From Gammaproteobacteria bacterium (lineage in GTDB: Bacteria > Pseudomonadota > Gammaproteobacteria > QZLD01), in the NCBI GenBank assembly GCA_033852135.1, contig JAWSVB010000001.1, forward strand, positions 1,309-65,308: a stretch of 64,000 bases of DNA. Reading direction: 5' to 3'. Under the pieces are notes generated by a model, which saw only the letters and a list, made by a program, of their open reading frames with translations, did not search any database and had not been told where the DNA came from. Below are positions 9,858-20,489 of the stretch, piece after piece (positions within the stretch are counted from its first letter, which is position 1; each line of letters begins with the position of its first letter). Made by a program: the position numbers and the translations under genes.

Positions 9858-10601
9858 TTAGCAGTTGTTTTCCTGTATATACTCTTCCAACAACCGCTTA
9901 CTTTTTTTATTCAATTCTTTACGCGCTATAAGATCTGGTCTTCTTGTGTATGTTCTACCCAATGCTTGTTTCAGCCGCCACTCATCAATTTTTTGATGAT
10001 TACCACCAAGAAGAACATCTGGAACTTCCATCCCTTCTACCTCTTCCGGCCTCGTATAGTGCGGGTGATCTAACAACCCTTCCATAAACGAGTCTTGTTG
10101 GGCTGACTCTGCATCACCAAGAGCCCCGGGAAACATTCTTACAACAGCATCTATCATCACCATTGCAGCAAGTTCACCGCCACTTATAACATAGTCGCCT
10201 AGCGACCATTCTTCATCAACTTCTGCCTCGATGAAGCGCTCATCTATACCTTCGTATCTGCCAGCTATCAGAATCAAGCTTTCTTTTGCAGATAGTTCCT
10301 TAACCCCTTTTTGATCGAGCTTTCGACCTTGGGGGCTAAGATATACTACATGAGCATTTGGGGCTGTAGCCTTTGCATCTTTTACTGCATCTCGGAGCGG
10401 TTGATACTTCATAACCATTCCGGGGCCACCGCCATATGGACGATCATCTACAGTCTTATGACGATCTTCCGTATATTCTCTAGGGTTCCATAATCCTAGT
10501 TCAATAATCCCTTTTTCAGCAGCTCGTCTTACCACTCCGTGTTTGATTACTGTTTCAACCATTTCCGGAAATAGAGTGACTACATCTACTCTAAAGGTCA
10601 T
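9858..10601 (-). CDS. trmD: tRNA (guanine37-N1)-methyltransferase
   Basis: Strong similarity to E. coli TrmD ([20 protein letters not shown]). The likely start is MTFRVDV at 10601, overlapping the rimM stop. The ORF track extends to 10619. Confidence 0.96.
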   Translation of the reverse strand: MTFRVDVVTLFPEMVETVIKHGVVRRAAEKGIIELGLWNPREYTEDRHKTVDDRPYGGGPGMVMKYQPLRDAVKDAKATAPNAHVVYLSPQGRKLDQKGVKELSAKESLILIAGRYEGIDERFIEAEVDEEWSLGDYVISGGELAAMVMIDAVVRMFPGALGDAESAQQDSFMEGLLDHPHYTRPEEVEGMEVPDVLLGGNHQKIDEWRLKQALGRTYTRRPDLIARKELNKKSKRLLEEYIQENNC

Positions 10602-11101
10602 TAGAATTCTGGATCCCAATCAACCAACATCTCACCAGCTTCAAGATCAATGTTTTTGATAACCTGCCCCTGAATAAACGGAACAAGCCTCTCTTTATCA
10701 CCTTTTACGACCATTACGTCGTTTGCACCGGTCTCAAATAAACTTTCTATTTTACCGAGCAAGGTTCCATCAACACATTTAACCTCGAGACCTTCAAGAT
10801 CAAACCAGTAGTATTCATCTGGCTTCAATTGATTCAACTCATCACGTTTAACTGCTATATCACAATTAATCAACTGAGCTGAAATATCTCTGTCTTCATA
10901 ACCTTTTATTTGGACAACTACAGTTTTACTGTGTCTTTGTCCATGGAGAACCTCTGCTTCCACCCATTTACCAGACTGTTTCAGATACCACTTTTTATAC
11001 TTAAGAATATCTTCTCTTTTTCTGGTATGGGAAAAAACTTTGACCCACCCTTTTACACCAAACAGTGCTGAGATACGTCCTAAAACAACATAATTTTCCA
11101 C
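10601..11101 (-). CDS. rimM: 16S rRNA processing protein RimM
   Basis: RimM-like sequence ([10 protein letters not shown] ... ERLVPF ... VDWDPEF) and operon position. Confidence 0.94.
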   Translation of the reverse strand: MENYVVLGRISALFGVKGWVKVFSHTRKREDILKYKKWYLKQSGKWVEAEVLHGQRHSKTVVVQIKGYEDRDISAQLINCDIAVKRDELNQLKPDEYYWFDLEGLEVKCVDGTLLGKIESLFETGANDVMVVKGDKERLVPFIQGQVIKNIDLEAGEMLVDWDPEF

Positions 11102-11124
11102 GTTCTCAGCCCTATAAAGGTGTT

Positions 11125-11397
11125 TTAAGCAGCAGCTTCTTCAGTTGCTACTGCAGCTTTCTTAGCCTGCTTAATAAGCTGCTTAACGCGATCTGTTGGC
11201 TGTGCGCCTTGATCGATCCAGCCTTGAACTTTTTCAAGATCAAGCCTTAAAGTAACTTCTTGTCCCTTAGCAACTGGATTAAAAAATCCTAGACGTTCAA
11301 TGTAACGTCCGTCACGACGGGCACGTACATCTGCAGCTACAACATGATAGAAAGGTCGCTTTTTAGCGCCACCTCTTGATAAACGAATAACGACCAT
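11125..11397 (-). CDS. rpsP: 30S ribosomal protein S16
   Basis: The [17 protein letters not shown] start is at 11397. The ORF-track N-terminal extension to 11436 is unlikely to be real. Confidence 0.96.
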   Translation of the reverse strand: MVVIRLSRGGAKKRPFYHVVAADVRARRDGRYIERLGFFNPVAKGQEVTLRLDLEKVQGWIDQGAQPTDRVKQLIKQAKKAAVATEEAAA

Positions 11398-11583
11398 AGT
11401 CTTTTTGACCTCTTTATTTGTCGAATGTCGACACACCGAAACTCTCGGTCCGTACCGAAATAGACGGGGGATTCTACTAGATTTTCACAAAATGTGAAGA
11501 CCTAATTGCAATAATCTTCCGTTTTTTAGTGTGTTTCTCTTTTTTTCATATAAAACCAGGCTTTAACTTAAATAATTTATAAG

Positions 11584-12981
11584 TTAAAAACCCATCATTC
11601 CGCCAGGGCCGCCCATGCCTCCTGGAGGCATTCCACCAGGCATTTTACCTGCCAAACCACGCATAAGATTCTTCATTCCACCTTTAGAGAATTTTTTCAT
11701 CATCTTCTGCATCTGGGTAAATTGCTTCAGCAGGCGATTTATATCCTGCACCTGGGTTCCTGACCCCATTGCAATTCGCTTTTTACGCGATCCTTTGATC
11801 ACGTCTGGAAACTTTCTCTCTTGCTTAGTCATGGAGTTGATCATAGCAATCATCTGGGTTGTCTGCTTATCATTGACCTGACCCTTAACTTGATCTGGAA
11901 TTTGCCCCATTCCTGGCATCTTATCCATTAAAGAGGTGAGACCACCCATTTTATTCATCTGCTCCAGCTGATCTTTAAAGTCATTTAAATCAAAACGCTT
12001 ACCTTTTTTCAGCTTTTTGACCAGCTTCTCTGCTTTTTTCTCGTCAAGATTTTGCTGAGCATCTTCCACCAGAGAAAGAACATCACCCATCCCAAGAATT
12101 CTTGAAGCCATTCTATCTGGATGAAAGCGCTCTAAAGCTGCAATTTTTTCACCAACACCAAGGTATTTAATTGGCTTACCGGTAATCTCTCTAATAGATA
12201 GAGCAGCACCACCTCTAGCATCACCATCAGTTTTAGTTAGGATCACACCTGTTAGCGGCAGCGCATCATCAAATGCCTTAGCGGTATTTGCTGCATCCTG
12301 ACCGGTCATACTATCTACAACAAACAGAGTCTCTACCGGATTTATTTTTGCATGCAGATCTTTTATCTCATGCATCATATCTTCATCTACATGAAGGCGG
12401 CCAGCGGTATCAACAATTAGCGCATCATAAAACCCTTTTTTAGCTGCATCTATAGCTGCCGTTGCAATAGCGACTGGGTCTTCTTTTATATGACTTGGGA
12501 AGAATTCTACACCAACCTCTCCGGCTAGCGTTTTAAGCTGTTCGATAGCTGCTGGACGATAAACGTCGCAACTAACAACCATAACTTTTTTCTTTTGACG
12601 TTCTTTCAGGCGTAAAGCAAGCTTTGCAACACTTGTGGTTTTACCAGCACCTTGCAAACCTGCAACAAGAACTACGGCAGGAGGACGGGCATTGAGGGTC
12701 AGCTCTTCGCTTTCAGTACCGCCCATGATCTCTACTAATTGATCATTTACCACCTTAACTAGCGCTTGACCTGGGGTAAGGCTTTTTATCACCTCTTCCC
12801 CAACCGCCTTCTCTTTAACCTTGTCGACAAACCCCTTTACAACAGGCAAAGCCACATCTGCTTCGAGCAGTGCCATTCTAACTTCACGCAGGGTATCCTT
12901 GACGTTATCTTCTGTAATTCTGCCTTGACCACTAATCTTTTTAAGGGTCGAGGAGAGTCGATCAGTCAAATTCTCAAACAT
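11584..12981 (-). CDS. ffh: Signal recognition particle protein Ffh (SRP54)
   Basis: NG domain (GLQGAGKTT, DTAGR, TKTDGD) and a Met-rich M domain. Confidence 0.98.
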   Translation of the reverse strand: MFENLTDRLSSTLKKISGQGRITEDNVKDTLREVRMALLEADVALPVVKGFVDKVKEKAVGEEVIKSLTPGQALVKVVNDQLVEIMGGTESEELTLNARPPAVVLVAGLQGAGKTTSVAKLALRLKERQKKKVMVVSCDVYRPAAIEQLKTLAGEVGVEFFPSHIKEDPVAIATAAIDAAKKGFYDALIVDTAGRLHVDEDMMHEIKDLHAKINPVETLFVVDSMTGQDAANTAKAFDDALPLTGVILTKTDGDARGGAALSIREITGKPIKYLGVGEKIAALERFHPDRMASRILGMGDVLSLVEDAQQNLDEKKAEKLVKKLKKGKRFDLNDFKDQLEQMNKMGGLTSLMDKMPGMGQIPDQVKGQVNDKQTTQMIAMINSMTKQERKFPDVIKGSRKKRIAMGSGTQVQDINRLLKQFTQMQKMMKKFSKGGMKNLMRGLAGKMPGGMPPGGMGGPGGMMGF

Positions 12982-13103
12982 TTATTCCACCTTGGAGTCT
13001 TCAAAGCTCTTATATATAAACGCATGCTTCACATATAAGCGATAAAATTGTGGTGCAAATATTACCATATTTATTTATTTTTACCTGTTTTTATTAACTA
13101 AGT

Positions 13104-14441
13104 GTGTTTTTTTATTTTCTATATGGTTTTCATGCTAATATCAAAACATTACTCCGTTACTTAGGACCGATTTTTTTGAACAGCATCCCCTCTGAAGTGA
13201 TCTTTTTCCTTCTTATACTCTTGGTCATATGTTCTGCCTTTTTTTCTGGCTCCGAAACTGGGCTTATGAGCCTTAATCGATTCAAACTAAAACACTTATC
13301 AAAAAAAGACCATAAAGGCGCAAAACGCGCATCAAAACTTTTAGAAAGACCAGACAGATTGATCGGGGTAATTTTACTTGGAAACAACTTTGTAAATGTA
13401 CTCGCCTCTGCTCTTGCCACCATTCTTGCAATAAGAATATGGGGTGATGAGATGGGAATTCCAATCGCCACATTTGCTTTAACTCTTGTAATCTTAATAT
13501 TTTCTGAGGTAACTCCTAAGACCCTAGCTGCCCTCCACCCAGAAAGAGTCGCATTCTTATCCTCATTTATTCTGCAATATCTACTTAAAGCTCTTTACCC
13601 ACTTGTGTGGCTAGTAAATTTTATTGCCAACGGCATACTCGCAATTTTCAACATTCACTTAAGCAAAAAGCAGGGACAATCTTTAAGCCGCGATGAACTA
13701 CGAACTGTTGTTAAAGAAACCGCCATAATGATCCCCATGCGTCACCAGCAAATGTTGGTTAACATCCTTGACCTTGAAGCGGTAACAGTTAATGACATAA
13801 TGATTCCTAGAAATGAGATCTTTGGCATCGATTTAGATGATGAGTGGGATGACATTATTGAGCTTTTAAACCACAGTATGTTTACCCGCATCCCCATCTA
13901 TCAGCAAGATATCAATAAGGTTTGTGGCATTCTTCATATGCGCAAGATCATTAACAAGCTTGCAACCGGTAACTTTACCCGCCAAGACTTAGAAGAGTCT
14001 ATGCGCAAACCTTATTTTGTGCCGGAAGACACTCCACTAACCACTCAACTTGCTAATTTTCAAAGACAAAAACGCAGGATTGGATTTATCGTCGATGAAT
14101 ATGGTGACATTCTGGGAATGGTTACCCTTGAAGATATTCTGGAAGAGATCGTGGGGGAATTCACAACTGATCCAAGCAGCACACAAAAAGATATTTTTCC
14201 CCAAGATGACGGAAGCTACCTTGCCGATGGAAGCACCAATATTCGCGATTTAATCAAATTACTAGACTGGGAGATTCCGTTAGATGGTCCAAAAACCCTT
14301 AACGGGCTGATTCTTGAACATATGCAAACTATCCCAGGAGCTGGAACAACTTTACTGCTATTTGGACGCCCAGTAGAGATCATTCAACTCCAATCAAACG
14401 CAGTTAAAATGGTTAGAATCCAGCCTAAGCTGAAAGAATAA
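13104..14441 (+). CDS. corB: CNNM/CorC-HlyC family transporter (DUF21 + CBS pair + CorC_HlyC)
   Basis: FFSGSETGLMSLN (DUF21), a CBS pair region and a C-terminal transporter-associated domain. It is divergent from ffh, as yfjD/corB is in E. coli. The exact start is uncertain (non-ATG). Confidence 0.8.
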   Translation: MFFYFLYGFHANIKTLLRYLGPIFLNSIPSEVIFFLLILLVICSAFFSGSETGLMSLNRFKLKHLSKKDHKGAKRASKLLERPDRLIGVILLGNNFVNVLASALATILAIRIWGDEMGIPIATFALTLVILIFSEVTPKTLAALHPERVAFLSSFILQYLLKALYPLVWLVNFIANGILAIFNIHLSKKQGQSLSRDELRTVVKETAIMIPMRHQQMLVNILDLEAVTVNDIMIPRNEIFGIDLDDEWDDIIELLNHSMFTRIPIYQQDINKVCGILHMRKIINKLATGNFTRQDLEESMRKPYFVPEDTPLTTQLANFQRQKRRIGFIVDEYGDILGMVTLEDILEEIVGEFTTDPSSTQKDIFPQDDGSYLADGSTNIRDLIKLLDWEIPLDGPKTLNGLILEHMQTIPGAGTTLLLFGRPVEIIQLQSNAVKMVRIQPKLKE

Positions 14442-14533
14442 TTCAAATTTATAAAAACATTCAAGCCTGATTACTTGCAGCAGCTAGGTTGTTCAACTAA
14501 CTTTAGGTATAGAACTTTAAAATCAAGAGATGA

Positions 14534-14917
14534 GTGATGCAAACTAATTCAGAAAATGATCGAAGAAACTATTCGCGCATTACATTTGACGCGCCTGCCA
14601 AGTTAACTCTACCTTCTGGTGAGACCATTGAAACCGCAATCCATGACCTTTCTTTAAAAGGGATAATGCTGGAAGTTGATACTGGCAATAAATTAGAAAA
14701 TGGGGTTTACCACTTATTACTTACTCTTTCTAACGACATATGCATAGAGATGGATATAAGCCTTTCACATCAAGAAGTTAAATATGCTGGCTTTATCTGC
14801 AACTTTATTGATCTAGAGAGCATGACTCATTTACGCCGCCTTGTTGAGCTTAACATGGGTGATGTAACTCTATTAGACAGAGAGTTTCACCAACTTGGCA
14901 ACCAGACAAAAAAATAG
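14534..14917 (+). CDS. PilZ domain protein (c-di-GMP receptor type)
   Basis: RRNYSR (RxxxR) and DLSLKGIML (D/NxSxxG) motifs. ATG at 14537 is probably the true start. Confidence 0.75.
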   Translation: MMQTNSENDRRNYSRITFDAPAKLTLPSGETIETAIHDLSLKGIMLEVDTGNKLENGVYHLLLTLSNDICIEMDISLSHQEVKYAGFICNFIDLESMTHLRRLVELNMGDVTLLDREFHQLGNQTKK

Positions 14918-14947
14918 CGCTCTGAACCTATATTTACATGCTTACGA

Positions 14948-16318
14948 CTAGAGACTTGCTATATTCAACGCCTGCTCTAAACGATCAACAGTAATAATCT
15001 CCATCCCTTTTATAGACGCACCTTTTGATGGTGCGTTTTGCCTAGGAACATATGCTTTTGTAAACCCATGTTTGGCAGCTTCTTTCAACCGGTCCTCCCC
15101 CCCTTGAATTGGACGAATCTCCCCTGACAGCCCCACTTCTCCAAAAGCTATCGAGTTTCTTTCAAATGGGCGGTTGCGATAACTAGATAATATAGCCAAA
15201 ATCACTGCCAAATCACTTCCGGTCTCACTTACCCGAACACCACCAACCACATTCACGAATACATCCTGATCGTACATCGGTACACCAGAATGTTTATGCA
15301 AAACTGCTAATAGCATTGAAAGGCGATTTTGCTCCAAACCAAGCGTTACCCTGCGCGGGTTAGATTGATGAGTTTCATCCACCAAAGCCTGCACTTCAAC
15401 CAACATTGGCCTAGTACCTTCACGAGTAGCCATAACTACACTACCAGAAACCTCTTGTTCATGCCGGGAAAGAAATATTGCTGACGGGTTTCCAACTTCT
15501 TTGAGGCCAGTTTCAGTCATGGCAAATACGCCAAGCTCGTTAACTGCACCAAAACGATTTTTTACCGCTCGAATCATGCGGTAACGGCTACCACTATCAG
15601 ATTCAAAGTAGAGCACAGTGTCAACCATATGCTCCAGAACCCTAGGTCCAGCAATTGCGCCATCTTTAGTAACATGCCCAACTAAAAATATAGTTGTCCC
15701 AGTTTGTTTAGCGAAACGTACTAATTGCGCTGAGACCTCACGCACCTGCCCAACAGACCCAGGCGCTGACTGCAACTCTTCCGAATATACGGTTTGAATT
15801 GAATCAACTACCATGATTTTAGGTTTTTCCTGCTGCGCAATAGATATCACCTGCGCTACAGAAGTTTCAGTTAATAGTTTTATCTTTTCTGCTTCCAGGT
15901 TTAGGCGCTTTGCACGCATACTCACTTGGCGCAAAGACTCCTCTCCAGTAACATAAAGAACGGATTCATCTTGGGCAATATTTGCCATGGTTTGCAGAAG
16001 AATTGTTGATTTTCCAATCCCCGGATCACCACCAATCAGTATCACCGAACCCAGCACCAAGCCCCCACCAAGAACTCGATCCAACTCTGCCATTTTTGTA
16101 CTTATTCTTGATTCTGGAGAAAGCGATACATTAGCTAATGACAAAGCACCCTGCTCACCAGCATAACCTCTAAAACGTGGATTTTGATCTTTTTTAGCAT
16201 CTTCTTTAACCGATTCAATTAAAGAGTTCCAAGCACCGCAATCCTGGCATTTACCCGACCATTGATATGATTCAGCACCACATTCAGAACACCTATAGCA
16301 AGTCTTCTTTTTAACCAA
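14948..16318 (-). CDS. radA: DNA repair protein RadA
   Basis: N-terminal C4 zinc finger (CSECG...CQDCGAWN), Walker A GDPGIGKST, KNRFG motif and a Lon-like C-domain. TTG start. Confidence 0.97.
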   Translation of the reverse strand: MVKKKTCYRCSECGAESYQWSGKCQDCGAWNSLIESVKEDAKKDQNPRFRGYAGEQGALSLANVSLSPESRISTKMAELDRVLGGGLVLGSVILIGGDPGIGKSTILLQTMANIAQDESVLYVTGEESLRQVSMRAKRLNLEAEKIKLLTETSVAQVISIAQQEKPKIMVVDSIQTVYSEELQSAPGSVGQVREVSAQLVRFAKQTGTTIFLVGHVTKDGAIAGPRVLEHMVDTVLYFESDSGSRYRMIRAVKNRFGAVNELGVFAMTETGLKEVGNPSAIFLSRHEQEVSGSVVMATREGTRPMLVEVQALVDETHQSNPRRVTLGLEQNRLSMLLAVLHKHSGVPMYDQDVFVNVVGGVRVSETGSDLAVILAILSSYRNRPFERNSIAFGEVGLSGEIRPIQGGEDRLKEAAKHGFTKAYVPRQNAPSKGASIKGMEIITVDRLEQALNIASL

Positions 16319-16361
16319 GCTATCTCTCCAATCTCAATATATTATTGGCATACGGGAAAAG

Positions 16362-17435
16362 TTATTTTTTTACTTTAAATTCAACTCGAGAAGTTACGCC
16401 ACATAACAACTCATAAGCGATTGTGGAGCAGTGTTCAGCCACTTCTTCCACTGCAATATTCTCACCCCATAACTCAACTTCATCACCGATAGCTGGGTTC
16501 TCGATCTTCGACAAATCTATACAGATCATATCCATCGATACTCTACCAATAATTTTTGTACGCTGACCATTTACAAACACCGGGGTACCAGAAGGGGCGT
16601 GCCGCGGATAACCATCACCATAACCAATAGCAACAACTCCAATCTTCATATCTGCAGGACAAGTCCAACTTCCCCCATAACCTACGGTATCACCTTCATA
16701 ACAGTCTTTAATGGCAATAATTTGACTTACAAGAGTCATCGCAGGGTTTAAGTCTTCACATTTTTCTACAAATGGAGATACTCCGTAGAGCATTATCCCC
16801 GGACGCACCCAATCTAAATGCGAATCTTCCCACCCCATAACACCCGCTGAATTAGCCATACTCAACTGCCCAGATTGATCACAAACGGTCTGCAAAAACA
16901 TCTCTTGTTGCTTTACAGTTGTCTGATCATTTAAATCATCAGCATTAGCAAAGTGGGTCATGTAATTTATGTCGGCTATTTTTGTGGTTTTACACTGACA
17001 CAGCATCTGTTTCACTTTATGCACATCTTTAGGGAAAAAACCTAAACGGCGCATCCCTGTATCAATCTTAACCCAAACATCAATAACAGCATTTACCATT
17101 GATTTCTGCAACGCTTCAATCTGCCAAAAATCATGGATTACACAATCAAAACCGTTTTCAACAATTATTGGGATTTCATCAGGGTTATGAAACCCCTCAA
17201 GAAGGATAACTTTTTTGTCTACACCAAGCTTACGCAATAAAATAGCTTCATCAATACAGGCAACAGCAAATGCATCTGCTCCTTCAAGAGCAGTAGCTGC
17301 ACACTCCAATCCATGACCATAGCCATTGGATTTTACAACAGCCATAACCTTACTATTTGGAGCATACTTCCTTACAACCTGCAGGTTTTTTCCTATAGCT
17401 TGTTGATCAATTATTGCGTAGGTGCGTCTACTCAT
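16362..17435 (-). CDS. alr: Alanine racemase
   Basis: PLP site VVKSNGYGHG; full-length similarity to Alr. Confidence 0.94.
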   Translation of the reverse strand: MSRRTYAIIDQQAIGKNLQVVRKYAPNSKVMAVVKSNGYGHGLECAATALEGADAFAVACIDEAILLRKLGVDKKVILLEGFHNPDEIPIIVENGFDCVIHDFWQIEALQKSMVNAVIDVWVKIDTGMRRLGFFPKDVHKVKQMLCQCKTTKIADINYMTHFANADDLNDQTTVKQQEMFLQTVCDQSGQLSMANSAGVMGWEDSHLDWVRPGIMLYGVSPFVEKCEDLNPAMTLVSQIIAIKDCYEGDTVGYGGSWTCPADMKIGVVAIGYGDGYPRHAPSGTPVFVNGQRTKIIGRVSMDMICIDLSKIENPAIGDEVELWGENIAVEEVAEHCSTIAYELLCGVTSRVEFKVKK

Positions 17436-17450
17436 TTCTATTCACCACAA

Positions 17451-18830
17451 CTATTCGTAACCAGCATCACCGTAACCATCACTAATCCAATTTTCAAACT
17501 TAGTGTATTGCCCAAGGAATGTCAGGCGATCTCTTCCAGTTGGACCATTACGTTGCTTACCAGTAATGATCTCTGCCGTGCCTTTATACTCACTATCTTC
17601 ATTGTAGTATTCATCTCGATAGATAAACATAATCACGTCAGCATCCTGCTCGATAGCTCCAGATTCACGCAGATCCGACATAACCGGACGCTTATCCGGC
17701 CTTTGCTCCAAACTACGATTAAGCTGCGAAAGAGCGATCACAGGAACGCTAAGCTCTTTTGCCAAAGCTTTTAGGGAACGGGAGATCTCTGAAATCTCAT
17801 TGGTTCTATTCTCTTTATAACCAGGGATCTGCATCAACTGTAGGTAATCGATAACAATAAGACCAATATCATGCTCTCGCTTTAATCTTCGAGCACGTGC
17901 ACGCATCTCACCTGGAGACAAACCACCAGTGTCATCAATAAAAATCTTTGCATTGGAAAGAAGGCCAATAGCCGATGTAAGACGAGGCCAATCCTCGTCA
18001 TCCAACTTACCAGAACGCACCTTGTTTTGATCGATACGCCCCAAGGATGACATCATACGCATCACAAGTGACTCTGCAGGCATCTCCATACTATATATAG
18101 CAACTGCCTTACCACTTTCGATCCCAACATTTTCAGCAATATTCATTGCAAAAGATGTCTTACCCATCGATGGCCTGGCAGCAACGATAATTAGATCCCC
18201 ATCTTGTAAACCTGAGGTTCTTTTATCAATATCGGCATAACCAGTAGATACTCCGGTTAAACCTTCATCCTGCTCAAACAACTCCTCAATCTTGTCAACG
18301 GTTGATTTCAATAGATCATTAATCCCTTGAAAACCGCTTTTCTCCCTGCTCTCCTGCTCAGCAATCTGAAAGATAGATGTTTCAGCCTGTTCTAATAATT
18401 CTTTACTATCGCGCCCTTCAGGGTTGTATGCAGAAGAACTTACCTCTGTCCCAACCTTGATGAGTTGACGCAAGACCGACCTTTCTCTAACTATATCGGC
18501 ATATGCCTTAATATTAGCTGCAGTAGGGGTTTCTTTAGCTAGGGTGCCAAGATAGATCATTCCACCGATATCTTGCAGTTCACCACGCTGATCAAACCAT
18601 TCTGAAACAGTTAGAACATCATGCGGCTTATCCTGCCTTTCACTGAGATCTTTAACAGCATTAAAAATGCGTGCATGATCATGGCGATAGAAATCGATAT
18701 CAGAGACTTTATCTGCAACATTATCCCAAGAATCAGGATCAATTAGTAATCCGCCAAGCAAAGCTTGCTCAGCTTCTATCGAGTGAGGGGGGACTTTTAA
18801 GTCTTCTATAGAAGCCACTTCATCCATCAT
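17451..18830 (-). CDS. dnaB: Replicative DNA helicase DnaB
   Basis: PPHSIEAEQALLGG N-terminus, Walker A ARPSMGKTSF, and no intein. Confidence 0.98.
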   Translation of the reverse strand: MMDEVASIEDLKVPPHSIEAEQALLGGLLIDPDSWDNVADKVSDIDFYRHDHARIFNAVKDLSERQDKPHDVLTVSEWFDQRGELQDIGGMIYLGTLAKETPTAANIKAYADIVRERSVLRQLIKVGTEVSSSAYNPEGRDSKELLEQAETSIFQIAEQESREKSGFQGINDLLKSTVDKIEELFEQDEGLTGVSTGYADIDKRTSGLQDGDLIIVAARPSMGKTSFAMNIAENVGIESGKAVAIYSMEMPAESLVMRMMSSLGRIDQNKVRSGKLDDEDWPRLTSAIGLLSNAKIFIDDTGGLSPGEMRARARRLKREHDIGLIVIDYLQLMQIPGYKENRTNEISEISRSLKALAKELSVPVIALSQLNRSLEQRPDKRPVMSDLRESGAIEQDADVIMFIYRDEYYNEDSEYKGTAEIITGKQRNGPTGRDRLTFLGQYTKFENWISDGYGDAGYE

Positions 18831-18870
18831 ATATTAATTCCGTTTGCCTCTTTTTTTCGAGACCTATATT

Positions 18871-18954
18871 TAATCACAATCATATAATTCATAACAACCA
18901 TATAATCGACAACAACGATATAATCGATAACAGCCATATAAATCATAGCGAAAT
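18871..18954. repeat. About 4.5 tandem copies of an 18-bp unit in the dnaB promoter region
   Basis: Units are tataattcataacaacca / tataatcgacaacaacga / tataatcgataacagcca / tataaatcatagcgaaat, preceded by the partial taatcacaatca. The period is exactly 18 bp. Confidence 0.8.
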
Positions 18955-18962
18955 GAAAAAAC

Positions 18963-18995
18963 AAAAAAACCCGAGGCAGCAACCTCGGGTTTTTT
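18963..18995 (-). terminator. Bidirectional rho-independent terminator after rplI
   Basis: A7-CCCGAGG-cagcaa-CCTCGGG-T6. Confidence 0.85.
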
Positions 18996-19071
18996 ATTTA
19001 AGTAACTTGTTAAACTATTCGCCTATAGGGCATTCAACAACTACTTAATAAGATTTACTAGCTATTAGCTA

Positions 19072-19521
19072 TTAATCTTCAGCAACAACCACAATTGTAA
19101 TCACTGCATCTACATCAGTGTGCAGATGTAAGCCGATTTCAATTTCGCCAGTTGCTCTAATTGGACCTTCAGGCAATCTAACTTCTTGCTTTTCGATCTC
19201 TATACCAGCATCTGCTAGAGCAGCAACGATATCAGCTGCTCCGATAGAACCGAATAGCTTACCTTCGTCACCAGCTTTAGATGCGATTGTTACTGTTAGA
19301 TCTACAAGCTTAGCTGCACGAGCCTCAGCTTCTGCTAATGCCGCCGCCGCCGCAGCTTCAAGCTCTGCTCTTTTCGTTTCAAACTCAGCGATATTAGCCG
19401 CTGTAGCTGGTTTTGCTTTACCAGTTGGAATTAAGAAATTTCTTCCATAACCCGCTTTTACTGTTACCTTGTCGCCAAGGTTACCTAGGTTTTCAACCTT
19501 TTTTAATAGAATTACTTCCAT
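19072..19521 (-). CDS. rplI: 50S ribosomal protein L9
   Basis: L9 sequence; rpsF-rpsR-rplI operon. Confidence 0.97.
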   Translation of the reverse strand: MEVILLKKVENLGNLGDKVTVKAGYGRNFLIPTGKAKPATAANIAEFETKRAELEAAAAAALAEAEARAAKLVDLTVTIASKAGDEGKLFGSIGAADIVAALADAGIEIEKQEVRLPEGPIRATGEIEIGLHLHTDVDAVITIVVVAED

Positions 19522-19577
19522 CTCTAGACACCTTAATATTCTGTAAGACTGTACGATTTACCGTAAAAAACGATCAG

Positions 19578-19802
19578 TTAGTGCTGATCAGTATAAGGAA
19601 GAAGCGCAATATAACGTGCTCTTTTGATAGCTGTTGCCAACTGTCTTTGATAGCGCGCTTTAGTTCCTGTGATACGACTAGGTACAATTTTACCAGTCTC
19701 AGTTATGTAATTTTTTAAGGTTTGTAGATCTTTGTAATCGATCTCGGTAATACCATCTGCGGTAAAGCGACAAAACTTCTTTCTTCTGAAATATCTTGAC
19801 AT
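19578..19802 (-). CDS. rpsR: 30S ribosomal protein S18
   Basis: S18 sequence (RRKKFCRF...). Confidence 0.97.
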   Translation of the reverse strand: MSRYFRRKKFCRFTADGITEIDYKDLQTLKNYITETGKIVPSRITGTKARYQRQLATAIKRARYIALLPYTDQH

Positions 19803-19834
19803 TGTTAATACCTTACTAAGTTATTCGGTTCAAA

Positions 19835-20266
19835 TTACTCTGCTGGAGCTTCTGCTGGAGCTTCCACTGGAGCTGCTGCAGTCTCTTCTTTTACTTCTTT
19901 AACGCTGCTTTCAGCAGAAGTATCTTCTGATCTTGTATCACGCTCATCTTTCTGTTTAATCAGAGGAGATGCTTCAGTGATAGGACCATCGCATGAGATA
20001 ACAAGATTTCTAATTACAGCATCGTTAAATTTGAACGCTGAACCAAGCTCTGCAAGCTCTTCTTTACCACATTCAATGTTCATTAACACATAGTGTGCTT
20101 TGTGAAGCTTTTGAATAGGATAAGCTAACTGACGACGCCCCCAGTCTTCTAGACGATGGATCTTTCCGCCATTTGCTTCGATAATTGAGCGATAACGCTC
20201 GATCATTGCGTTAACCTGCTCGCTCTGATCTGGATGTACTAAAAATACAACTTCATAATGTCTCAT
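19835..20266 (-). CDS. rpsF: 30S ribosomal protein S6
   Basis: [18 protein letters not shown] start at 20266; acidic/Ala-Pro-Glu C-terminal tail. Confidence 0.96.
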   Translation of the reverse strand: MRHYEVVFLVHPDQSEQVNAMIERYRSIIEANGGKIHRLEDWGRRQLAYPIQKLHKAHYVLMNIECGKEELAELGSAFKFNDAVIRNLVISCDGPITEASPLIKQKDERDTRSEDTSAESSVKEVKEETAAAPVEAPAEAPAE

Positions 20267-20489
20267 CAACAAACCCCTTTCGGATACTTAGAGCCAATGC
20301 TCCAAAATAGTTTTTTGGCAACCCAAAAAACAAGGAGATCAAATATTTATTGATCTATAAGGACCGCGTAGTCTACAGGAGTGAATTAATAGATGCAACG
20401 AAAGAACTTTTAACTTTAAAAATTAGGCATGTACAACAATAAAATATCGCCATTAAAATCAGAAATAGAACCCACAAAATCCGATTAAA

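Noticed and set aside
19118-19450. 110-aa ORF antisense to rplI, plus similar antisense ORFs inside ffh (11615..11881), obg (25775..25984, 26273..26494), tolQ (34346..34765), bioF (46771..47272) and others.
   Set aside because: All lie fully inside strongly supported conserved genes on the other strand. Their composition is low-complexity and they have no recognisable domains.
20313-20332. Hairpin TTTTTTGG-caac-CCAAAAAA upstream of rpsF, considered as an S6:S18 autoregulatory leader.
   Set aside because: I cannot verify the conserved S6-S18 binding motif by eye, and the stem is mostly A-U and weak.
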